This document shows, piece by piece, positions 1 through 9,604 of a DNA stretch of 21,060 nucleotides. Under the pieces are notes generated by a model that was given only the letters and a program-made list of their open reading frames with translations, was not told where the DNA came from and did not search any database. Source of the DNA: Ascoidea asiatica JCM 7603. Lineage: Eukaryota > Fungi > Ascomycota. Each line of letters starts with the position of its first letter. The first letter of the stretch is position 1. The translations under genes and the position numbers were made by a program. Location of the stretch: NCBI GenBank assembly GCA_001600695.1, contig BCKQ01000020.1:131699-152758 (forward strand), read 5' to 3'.

Positions 1-168
1 GTACAAGAAGTAGAAGTTGTAGCTCCACAATTTGGTCCAGTACATCCTTCAGTAGTTGCTAATTTTCCAGTTGATGTAGTAGCACCACAATTTGCACCAG
101 TACAAGCTTCAGTTGTTTCTATTTTACCAGTAGAAGTAGTAGCACCACAATTGGCACCAGTACAACCA
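1..168 (-). repeat. Intragenic 60-bp (20-aa) tandem repeat encoding CTG(A/P)NCGATTST...
   Basis: Lines 1, 61 and 121 align at a 60-nt period (gtagcaccacaatttgcaccagtaca variants); about 3 copies visible, probably continuing leftward. Confidence 0.85.
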
Positions 169-605
169 TTAGCTGAAGTTGTTGCTTTAGTATAAGTAGT
201 TCCTTTACCATATGTAGTTGCGGTAGCTTTACATTTACCATTGGAACAATTATCACCAGAATATAAAATTGAAGAAGGAACAATAGAACCTGAAGTTAAT
301 ACATTTGATTTAACAGTAAGAGTTTTAGCTGCTGTTAATGGACAATAAGTTGTATATTCAGTTTCAGTACCTTCAACGGTATTAGTTACAGTTACAACAC
401 CAGTTTTCTGAGTTGAAGTTGCACAAGCATTATTTTTACAAGAAGTTACAGTTACAACAGCAGTATCAACATCTAAAGTGACATATGCAGTAACAGTGAC
501 ATCATCATCACCAGAATCAACAGTTTGAGTTGCAGTGACAGTAGCAGCAGCTGATATAGTTGCAGATGCTAAAAGTGAAAGTAAAATGCTTTTTGAGAAA
601 CGCAT
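1..605 (-). CDS. Secreted Thr/Ser/Cys-rich cell-wall protein (Ccw12/Sed1/flocculin-like), 3' end beyond the left edge
   Basis: Not in the ORF track. Hand translation from ATG at 605 is open to base 1: signal peptide MRFSKSILLSLLASATISAAA, then VVTVTSCKNNAC...TGVVTVTNTVEGTETEYTTYCPLT (flocculin type-3/Ccw12-type repeat), then 20-aa repeats CTGANCGATTSTGK. Confidence 0.88.
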   Translation of the reverse strand, partial: MRFSKSILLSLLASATISAAATVTATQTVDSGDDDVTVTAYVTLDVDTAVVTVTSCKNNACATSTQKTGVVTVTNTVEGTETEYTTYCPLTAAKTLTVKSNVLTSGSIVPSSILYSGDNCSNGKCKATATTYGKGTTYTKATTSANGCTGANCGATTSTGKIETTEACTGANCGATTSTGKLATTEGCTGPNCGATTSTSC

Positions 606-1110
606 TTTTGAAAAACTATTATAAATGGGTATAAATTTATATGGATATTAAATAATAATAATAGTAATAATGAAATTATATTAAATTATATTTTATTATA
701 ATTGAAAACGATTGACTTTTAAAAAATGAAAGAGATAAACTTTGAATGAATTCTTTGAATAAATCTTTAAAATTGGATTTGATAATAAACGATTGATTTA
801 TGAAATTAATAATTAATAATTAAAGTAAATAATTTAAAAATTTTGAATTTGATCAATAGACTATATTGGAATAAGGAGAAAAAAAAGGATGAATTAAGTG
901 AATGAATTATAAGTCTTTTTTTTTTGAATGATCAATTATTTTAAAATAATTAAAATAATAAAAATTATAATTATAATTAGTTATTATGATCTTAACTTGA
1001 TTTGAATCTTAGATAAATAAATCAATTGAAATGAATAGATGAAGAGGAGAAAAAGATAATTTTTTAAAGATTTAGAAAAAAGTAAAATATAATAAAGAAG
1101 ATAAATTGAA

Positions 1111-1136
1111 ATATATATATATATATATATATATAT
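1111..1136. repeat. (TA)n microsatellite, possibly the TATA region of the cell-wall gene
   Basis: About 13 AT units, ~500 bp upstream of the ATG at 605. Confidence 0.8.
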
Positions 1137-2299
1137 TTTTTGAAATGAAATGAAAAATTCATTCCCAATGGAGTTAATGAAATGCTTCCTAAAAGAGATG
1201 AGATTAAAATTAGAACATTAGAACATTGATTTGATTATTAGAGTAGTAAGTAGTAATAGTTTTCAAAGGCATTAGTTTATTATTATTTATTATGCATTGT
1301 AAAATAAAGCAATAGAAAGCTTAAAAGACGAGGATGAATAAGGATATGAGTACTTTTAATTGTAGTAATAATTAAGACTAGAATCATGACGAAGATTGAT
1401 AATAAGAGGAATATTAAGACGATAATTATCTGACGAAGACAAAGAAAAATTAATATAAAATAAAAAAAAGTATAGACTGAGTGAAAAATTAATATATTGA
1501 AGTTTGATGAAAATTGTGAAAACCCTTTAGAAAACGAGAGATTATTAATAATTGATGTTTTATAAGAATATGAATTAGATATTAAAATATAATGATAAGT
1601 AAGTTAATGCTTTTAAAATATATATGTCAATAAATTATTTTTATTCTAAAATTAAAACATTTGAAACCAGAGATTGAAAATAAATAAATAAATAAATAAA
1701 TAAATACATTAAAAAGCGTAACCAAAGTTATTTTTGAATAAAGTTTTTGAAAAAATATTTTTAAAATATTTCTTACTTTATAAAATATTTTAATGTTAAT
1801 GTTAATGTTAATATTAAAAGTTAGGTTAAAACGTTCGCGAAAGAGAAAATATTAAGTTGAGAGTAACTTTATATTGTAATTTTTAAGGGAGATTTAAAAA
1901 ATCTTTTAAAAACTTTGAAAAAAAGAAGAAGGTGTTAATGAATTGAATTGAATTGAATTGAATTGAATTAAATTAAATTTTTGAATCTAATGGAAAAAGA
2001 CTCTGTAACGTGTCTTAATACATGAATCTAAGAGAGATCAAACAATGATTTTGTTTTAAAGTAAATTATTAATACGATTTTATTTATTGAAACTGATTGA
2101 ATTTAATGAATTATGATTCCAGACAGTGATTTACACTGCTTTCTTAGAGATCAGTGATAAATTCATTGTATATTTGAGATCTGATTGATTTTGAAATGAT
2201 ATTTAACTGATAATTGCGATGGTTTCCTTTATTTTATTATTTGATCCTTTATTTTATTTCTTTTATTTCTTTTATTTATTTATTTTATTCTTTTATTGC

Positions 2300-2490
2300 T
2301 TTTGTGGTGGTTTGGTGGTTTGGTGGTTAAAGCCCTAAACCGCGCTGTGTCTGCCTCGGTGCGCCAGGGCTCTACCGCCGTTCTGGGCTGCTGTTTGCCA
2401 CTGGAATGCGCTTCGGGTTGCGCCGTAAGACCATTTCTCGCCTCATTCCACACGCAAACGCCGGCACCCGCAGGCACACACAATAAAATG
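2300..2490. promoter_or_regulatory. GC-rich regulatory island with a Tbf1-like site and two TEA/Tec1-type sites
   Basis: Abrupt GC-rich patch in very AT-rich DNA; AGCCCTAA 2331-2338; GGAATG 2403-2408; CATTCC 2444-2449. Lies in the long upstream region of the cell-wall gene. Confidence 0.5.
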
Positions 2491-3389
2491 CAATAAAAAA
2501 ACACATTCAATTTTTGAAGTTTTCATATTATTTTCAATATTATTTTCAATATTATTTTCAATATTTCATTAATTATTAACAAATAATTGTCATTAAATTA
2601 TCAGATAATTGATAGTTTATGTTGAGCCTGAGATTGAGCCTGATTGTTGTGAGCGTGGATCAGTCTGAGTATTGGTAACATATTTTTTATTTTATTTATC
2701 CTATTTACAAAATAGGATATATACAGTATAGTAAAATAAAATAATAATAGTCTGGTGATTTTAATTTTAATTTAAATTTCCATTGGAATTTCATTTAAAT
2801 TATAATGTAAAAAAAAAAATTAATTAATAATTTATGGCTTAAGAAAGATTTTCTATTGCCTTAAGATTGAATGAAAGTTATCCAAAGTTATTAAAGGCTT
2901 AATTTATTAACTTACAATAATTATGTTTATTTTTTTCGTAATTACTGCAATAAATTCATTTGATATCAATAAATTTATTTTTATAAGAATTTTGCTTAAT
3001 TTTAGCCATTTATTTAATTAATTAATTAATTAATTAAATGATTCATAATTAGATCAAAATGGTTTAAAAGGCTTTAAAAATATTGAAATTATGACCAAAA
3101 ACGATAGAGAATATATCAAAATTAGTTATAATAGATCATAATTAGATCAAGAATAGATCAAGAATAGATTAAGAAAAGATCAATAAAAGATCAATAAAAG
3201 ATCTTAAATTTATCGAAAATGGATAGTTTATGAGATTGAAAGTTGAAGAGATAAAGAGATTATTAATTAATTTATATTATTATATTACATTATTTTCTTA
3301 TTCTTATTCTTATTCTTATTCTATTTTTATTCATATTCATATCCACATCCACATCCACATCCATCAAAATCTATCCATTTATCTAAATC

Positions 3390-3502
3390 TATATACATAC
3401 CTAAAACCAAAACCATATTTAGATCTTTATCTATATCCGATTTCATTGTTCTATATTTATATACAAGTTATTATAGTTATTATTTCTTAAGTAATATATA
3501 CA
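3390..3502 (-). promoter_or_regulatory. Three Puf3-type elements (UGUAUAUA) in the MDM35 3' region
   Basis: tatataca on the + strand at 3390-3397, 3458-3465 and 3495-3502. The 3458-3465 copy reads CU-UGUAUAUA (C at -2, typical of strong Puf3 sites). They may also serve as TATATA polyadenylation efficiency elements. Confidence 0.5.
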
Positions 3503-3534
3503 TTTACTAGTTTTTATGATTTTTAAATAAATTA

Positions 3535-3880
3535 TCATTTTTCAACAGATATTGAATTTACTTCTTCATTATCTTCATCTTCTTCTTCTTCTTTTTTTAT
3601 ATATCCTTTTTTAATCAAAGATTCCTATTCAATTATAAAATGTTAGTTATCAAATATTAAAATCATTATTTAAATCAAAATTTAATCATTCATTTATTAA
3701 TTTTTAATTTATTCATACTTTAAAACATAATTGATAATTATTCCATAATTCAAAACAATCTTCATTAACATCAATTGATTCTCCTTTTAAAAATTTATTT
3801 TTAAACCAAATATTTTGACAATCATCATATGATTTCTTTAATGAATCACAATCTTTTGCAAAACTAACTGTATTTCCCAT
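3535..3880 (-). CDS. MDM35: Mdm35/TRIAP1 twin-Cx9C mitochondrial intermembrane-space protein, two exons (3880-3719, 3624-3535), 83 aa
   Basis: Spliced translation MGNTVSFAKDCDSLKKSYDDCQNIWFKNKFLKGESIDVNEDCFELWNNYQLCFK|ESLIKKGYIKKEEEEDEDNEEVNSISVEK*. It has twin Cx9C motifs and the Mdm35-like SFAxxC and WFxxKFLKG signatures. Confidence 0.9.
3625..3718 (-). other. 94-nt phase-0 spliceosomal intron in MDM35
   Basis: 5' splice site GTATGA at 3718, branch AACTAAC at 3648-3642, 3' splice site TAG ending at 3625. Removal restores the reading frame and the Mdm35-like C-terminal helix. Confidence 0.82.
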
Positions 3881-4019
3881 TTTATTTATTCTTTTTTTAT
3901 ATTAAATTAAATTAAATTAATTGCATTGCTTTAAACAGTTATTATTAATAAGTTAACAAATTGAATTTGAATTTGAAATTGAAATTAAATTGAAATTTCA
4001 ATTTTGTAATTTATTTCAA

Positions 4020-4700
4020 AAAAGAAGTACCACAATAATGGCAACAACCAGTGGTATGGATCCGACCAGAGAAATGGTACTACCAAAACCAAGGTACTAC
4101 CACTTTTGTGGATCGACTCCAAAGAGGCTTCAAACATTTAATTTCTACCAGTGCTGTGGTTCTTTGAGAAGAGCTGCATCTTTTTTTACAAATTAAGTTT
4201 TCCTTCTGATAACTCAAAATAAAACACTGTACACACTTCACAGCCACAAAATACTAGTAACGTGGGCAGCATGGCTAGTTTTAGTACTGACTGGCCAATA
4301 GAACCACTCAAATCCAAATTGGCTTTTAAGGTTTTTGTATTATTTACAAATTTTATGAAATTTGCAGGGATTGATATTCCAAAAACAGCTCCAAAAAGCA
4401 ATTGCATATGCACATTGACGCTATTTATAGTATAATCTTTGTGACTTGAAATTTCTCTTTTGACTTACAATTTCTGTTTTGAGAGGTATATGTGGCAGTG
4501 TTGTTTATTTTAAAAATAAACATGCGCCATTGTTTATTAGTAAAATTAGCACAAACAGTAGTAAACAGCCCTAAACGAGGCAAAAACTAATACTTTTTTC
4601 GTTTATTTGTGGCTAGTTTGATTTCATTCTGGCATGCGTGTGTATGCTTGTTGCGGTCTGCTGCATCTGCGTTGCATTTTTTGGACTTCCAAAAAACTCG
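4020..4700. promoter_or_regulatory. Divergent MDM35/FLC regulatory region with Rlm1-, Crz1- and Tbf1-like sites
   Basis: CTATTTATAG 4421-4430 is a perfect CTA(W)4TAG; CACAGCCAC 4239-4247 is the GTGGCTGTG CDRE core in reverse; AGCCCTAA 4567-4574; GC content is elevated over the flanks. Confidence 0.55.
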
Positions 4701-5377
4701 AATTTTTTAAAAAAAGAATTTTTTTCACTTTTTTCACTTTTTTCACTTTTTAAACCTTTTTTAATCTGAGAAAACTTGATTGAAATGTCTGAATTGAAGT
4801 TTATTCAAAGAAATTAATCTAAAAAAATGTACCAGAAATTATTCTAGAAAAGTATTCCAAGAAAATCATTCCAAGGAAATTATTCAAAAAAAGTTCTGAA
4901 AGTAAAGATTCAAAAGAAGAAATAAGAAAAAGAAAGTAAAAAAAAAAAATGGAACAATAAGAAACTGAAATATTTCACATATTGTAGATAAAGATAAATA
5001 GAATTGTTTTTTTTTATATTTAATCTTAACCAAAAAATTATTTACTAATAAATTTATTCATTCACTAGCAACTATCTCTCAAATTATAATAATTCTGAAT
5101 ATTCAAATTTCATAATTTCATAATTTCATAATTTCATTATTCATTATCATTTATTTCAATTGAAAAATCAAAAATTTAAATTACTTAAGAATTTAATCAT
5201 TAATTTAATCTATATTTCAAAGCCATCACTTATTTAATTCATTGTTGTTTATTGTCTAACATTATCAATTTGAATATAAATTGAAATAATTTCATTTTAT
5301 TTCATTTCATTTATTAGTTTATATTAATTTATATTCTCTTCTCCTTAAGTTTCACTTACTTATTATATTACCATATT

Positions 5378-5561
5378 TATATTATATTATATTATATTAT
5401 ATTATATTATATTATATTATATTATATTATATTATATTATATTGTTTATTGTTTATGTATAAATTAATTACTCCTGTTTACTGATATATCATTACTCTAA
5501 AACAATAAGATATAATAAGATATAATAAGATATAATAAGATATAATAAGATATAATAAGAA
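5378..5561. repeat. (TATAT)n and 10-mer (ATAAGATATA)n tandem repeats upstream of the FLC ATG
   Basis: Pentamer run ~5378-5443 and ~5.5 copies of a 10-mer at ~5505-5561. Confidence 0.85.
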
Positions 5562-5571
5562 TAAGAATAAA

Positions 5572-8196
5572 ATGAAACTCAAATGTAATTTTCATAATGA
5601 GGCTTTTAATTTAAATTATTATTCTTTTTTTTTATTCTACTTAATTTTTCAATTAAATTTTTATTTATCTAAAGCAACATCTGATATAACTTCAAAAGGT
5701 TCTTATGAATGTTCAAATTCAGATTCTTCTTCTGATATAATTGTAACTGATTTTAAATTAATTTATGATAAATTATCAAATTCTTTAGAATATAATGTAA
5801 CTGGAACTGTATTAAAAACAACTGAAGCTTTAGCTATAATTCAATTAGATGTTTATGGTATGATGGTTATTAATGAATCTATACCTTTTTGTAATGCAAA
5901 TATTGAAGAATTATGTCCTGTTCAAGAAGGAACTAATATTAATATTATTAATAATTATACTGTTCCAATTGAATATTCTTCTCAAATTTCTTCAATTGCT
6001 TATAATATTCCTGATCTTGAAGGTTATGTAACTGTTAATATTTATAATTCTTCAAATTTATCTCAAAATTTAGGTTGTTTTACTTCTGATATTTCAAATG
6101 GTAAATCTGCTGAAGTTAAAGGTGTAACTTATTTATCAATAATTATTGCAATTATTGCTTTATTAATTTCTTTATCTTCTTCATCATCATCATCTTCTTC
6201 TTCTGGAACCTCTGGTGGTGCTCTAGGTACAACTCCTGCAAATAATTTACCTCCAATTCATGGTCCTGGAACAAATGTTGCAGCTCCTGGTTTTCATCCT
6301 CCAGGTGTAACTGAATTTTTAAATGTTTTACAATTATCTGCAACTAATGGTTTATATGCTGTTTCATTACCAAAAGTTTATAGATCTTTCACAAATAATT
6401 TTAGTTGGAGTTTATCTTCAATATCTTTTTCTAATTTACAAAATTCAATTGATAATTTTAGAAAAAATGCTGGAGGTAATTTAAATAATAATTCTTTAAA
6501 ATTATTAAATTCTATTAAATTATCTTATACTAATACTGAAAATGCAGAAAAATTAAAAAGTTTAAATTTAAAAAAAAGATTTAATAAATTTCATCATAAT
6601 CATTATTATTCAAAATTTTTTTTAAATAAAAGAATAGATTCAACATCAACTCAAACTCAAAGTAAAGAAGAAAATGGTATTGCATATTTTTTTGAAAATA
6701 ATTCAATTCCAAATACAAATGCATTTTTAACTTTACTTATTTGGTGGTGTGTGATAATGGGAATTATAATTTTTTTAATGTTATCATTTAAAATTTTTTT
6801 AGAAATTTATTATAGAAGAAAATTAAAAAATTTAACTGAAAAAATTTATAATGAAAATTTAAATAAACCATTACCTCCAATAGATCTGAATGAAACTGAA
6901 ATTATAAATAATGATAATATTAATAATGATAATATTAATGATATTACTCCAAATACAATTATTATCACTTCAAATTCAATAGAAAATGAAAAAGAATTTA
7001 TAAATGATTCTGTTAATTCAATATTACCTAATAGTGACTCTTTTAAAACTATTCAAAATTCAAATTTACTAAATTCATCAAATATTTCAAATAATTCAAA
7101 TAATTTAAATAATTCAAGATTATCTGAAAAAAATAATGATGAAATACATAAAAATAAATCTATAAAAACCAAAGCTAATAATTTCCTCAATTATTTTAAA
7201 ATTAATTTAAATAAAACTAATCTGTCAATAACTCAAACAAATAATTCTACAATTCAATCAACAATTGAAACTCTTGAAAAAGATATTAAATTTAATTCTT
7301 TTAGAAAATTATGGTTAACTCATCTTTGTAATTTAATAATAAGAGTAATAATAATTCTTTATGGAGTTTGGGTTATTTTATCATTATATCAATTAAGATT
7401 ATCTGAAGCTTGGGGTTCTAAATTATTAGCAGCATTAACATTAATTTTATTTACACTGATTTTTATGGGATTTTTTTTAAGAATTTTATATATTGTTAAA
7501 ATTAAATCAAAAAAAAAAAATTTTGAATTAGAATATATATTTATTTATAAACCATATTTAAGAAGATATGGTTTATTTTATGATGAATTTAAAATTGATT
7601 TTTGGTGGTTTTTTATGATTAATTTATTAGTTGTATTTATGAGAAATGCATTTATTGGATTATCACCAAATAATGGATTTATTCAAGTTATTGGACAATT
7701 AGTTGTTGATGTTTTATTAGGAATAATAATGATTTTTACATTACCATATAATACAAAAATGGGAAATTGGTTAAATATTATTATTCAATCAGTTAGAATT
7801 GCAAGTTTAATTTTAAGTTTATTATTTACAGAAGAAGTTGGATTAGATTCAATTTCCAAAACAGTTATTGGATTTATATTATTAGGTATTCAAAGTGCAT
7901 TAACAGCACTTTTAATTACTTTAATTATTTTAAATGCAACTCAAGGAATTTGGAAAGGACTTTATAAAAAATTAAGAAATAAAAAAAAAAATAATGATGA
8001 TAATAGTTTAAATTATCTGATTTCATATGAATCAAATATTAATAATCATAATGATAATATAAGTGAAAGTCAATTTGTTATTTTAAATCCATCTAGAACA
8101 GAAAGAGTAATAGAAAAAGAAAATTATGAAAATGTTGTTAATTCTCCAAATTTAAATCAGTTTAATAATAGTAGTAATATTAATGAGAGAAGATAA
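5572..8196 (+). CDS. FLC-family (flavin carrier / TRP-like, Pkd2-like) membrane protein
   Basis: Signal peptide; ML-like TRP_N domain (DVYG...C...LCP, IAYNIPDLEG, GCFTSDISNGKS); PxVYRSFTNNFSWS; YGLFYDEFK..FWWFF; PYNTKMGN; multiple transmembrane helices. The paralog (FLC1/2/3) cannot be determined. Confidence 0.92.
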   Translation: MKLKCNFHNEAFNLNYYSFFLFYLIFQLNFYLSKATSDITSKGSYECSNSDSSSDIIVTDFKLIYDKLSNSLEYNVTGTVLKTTEALAIIQLDVYGMMVINESIPFCNANIEELCPVQEGTNINIINNYTVPIEYSSQISSIAYNIPDLEGYVTVNIYNSSNLSQNLGCFTSDISNGKSAEVKGVTYLSIIIAIIALLISLSSSSSSSSSSGTSGGALGTTPANNLPPIHGPGTNVAAPGFHPPGVTEFLNVLQLSATNGLYAVSLPKVYRSFTNNFSWSLSSISFSNLQNSIDNFRKNAGGNLNNNSLKLLNSIKLSYTNTENAEKLKSLNLKKRFNKFHHNHYYSKFFLNKRIDSTSTQTQSKEENGIAYFFENNSIPNTNAFLTLLIWWCVIMGIIIFLMLSFKIFLEIYYRRKLKNLTEKIYNENLNKPLPPIDLNETEIINNDNINNDNINDITPNTIIITSNSIENEKEFINDSVNSILPNSDSFKTIQNSNLLNSSNISNNSNNLNNSRLSEKNNDEIHKNKSIKTKANNFLNYFKINLNKTNLSITQTNNSTIQSTIETLEKDIKFNSFRKLWLTHLCNLIIRVIIILYGVWVILSLYQLRLSEAWGSKLLAALTLILFTLIFMGFFLRILYIVKIKSKKKNFELEYIFIYKPYLRRYGLFYDEFKIDFWWFFMINLLVVFMRNAFIGLSPNNGFIQVIGQLVVDVLLGIIMIFTLPYNTKMGNWLNIIIQSVRIASLILSLLFTEEVGLDSISKTVIGFILLGIQSALTALLITLIILNATQGIWKGLYKKLRNKKKNNDDNSLNYLISYESNINNHNDNISESQFVILNPSRTERVIEKENYENVVNSPNLNQFNNSSNINERR

Positions 8197-8732
8197 AATT
8201 TTAGATATGAATTTAAATTTCCATTATGATGATATAATTTTTTATTTACGAGTTGCTTATTTTTTTTTTTAACTTTATTTATTTATTATTTATTTATTAT
8301 TTATTTATTTATTATTTAATTTTTTTTATTATTATTTTTATTGAATCATTGTTCTTTTATTATATTTTATCATAATTTGTTAATCTTTATTATTTCTTGT
8401 TCATTATTTATTATTCATTATTATTTTTCATTTTAATTATTTTTTCATTATATTTTCTTTACTTCATTTGCTTTCAATTTTAATATCAATTTTAATATCA
8501 AAATAATTTCAATTTCTACTTCAATTTCTTTCAATTATTATTATCATTAATAATTATTTTATATTATTAAAAATAATAAATTAAAAATACGAGAAGAAAG
8601 TATTTTTAACGCAATTAGTATGCACGACTCGTAAATACTACATACATGTACATTCTTTTAATCACCGATCGGGAAACCAAATAAAAGTTAAAATTAATGA
8701 AAAAAAAGTAATTAATAAAGCAAAAACCGAAT

Positions 8733-8936
8733 TTAATGATAATTTCTTGAAGTATAAATAATAATTTTTTCAGATTCTATATAATTTATTGGAATTGGAG
8801 AAGAATTTAAAATATGTTTAGATAAAGTAAATTTTAATTTATATTCACCAGTTACAGTTATTCCAAGATCTTTAAATTTAAATTGAAAACATTTACAAAG
8901 TATATTTTTATTAAAATTATTAGAATAAAGTAATAA

Positions 8937-8978
<42 letters not shown>

Positions 8979-9248
8979 TGATTGAATTAATGGAGAACCA
9001 ATAATTATTTTATTACCAAGTAAAATATTTTGTTGTTTTAATAATTGATTTGAATTAAAATTATAAATTGAAACATCAATAATAAATTGAGAATTTAAAG
9101 AATTAAAATCATTTGTAATTAAATTTATTATATTTATTGGAATTAATAATCTTTTAGAAGTAATTGAAGATTGTCTACCTTTTATAGAAGATTGAATAAT
9201 TGATAAATCATATATATATGGAATTTCTGGTATTATTATATTAGACAT
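8733..9248 (-). CDS. Small, divergent velvet-domain protein (putative transcription factor)
   Basis: Colinear matches to the velvet consensus: YDLSIIQ (YxLxVxQQP), KRLLIPINIINL (RRPIDPPPIVQL), ILLG, FKFKDLGITVTGEYKLKFTL (FxFxDLSVRxEGxYRLxFxL), IESEKIIIYTSRNY (SxxFxVYSxKxF). Confidence 0.72.
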
Positions 9249-9564
9249 AATATTATTATTATTATTATTATTTAATAAAAAAATTCATAACTTCTTTGAA
9301 ACTTATATAAGTTTATATAATAATATCTGAACTTGATCATTTGATCATTTTTAACTGAATTGAATATATTTGAAAATATTTGAATATATGTTATTATAGA
9401 AAAAAAGATAAATTCAATTAATTGAAAATAAATATGAAATGAAATACCATAATAAAGGTATAATTTCACCAATTTCACCAATTTCATTTCAATCATTTCA
9501 ATCATTTTCTTATTATATTCTCCATTTTCATTATCTTTATATTGGTTTACTTAGGAATAAATAG

Positions 9565-9584
9565 TATATAAAATAGTATATAAA
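9565..9584 (+). promoter_or_regulatory. Tandem TATA boxes upstream of the GC-rich structured island
   Basis: TATATAAA at 9565-9572 and 9577-9584, ~20-40 nt before the compositional shift. Confidence 0.45.
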
Positions 9585-9604
9585 GATATAAATAAAGAAA
9601 TAAT

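Noticed and set aside
1-170. Regular 60-bp periodicity resembling a CRISPR array
   Set aside because: Eukaryotic coding tandem repeat without unique spacers; no cas genes.
1320-1445. Loose recurrences of AAGACGA/GACGAAGA
   Set aside because: Too degenerate to define a repeat unit or motif.
2280-2510. Overlapping 76-aa and 66-aa ORFs
   Set aside because: By-product of a GC-rich island with few stop codons; codon usage unlike the real genes; no recognisable domain.
3230-3490. 86-aa ORF with YSYS/HIHI runs
   Set aside because: Translation of microsatellites in the MDM35 3' region.
3990-4413. 68-aa and 75-aa ORFs
   Set aside because: Non-ATG starts, promoter location, no homology signal.
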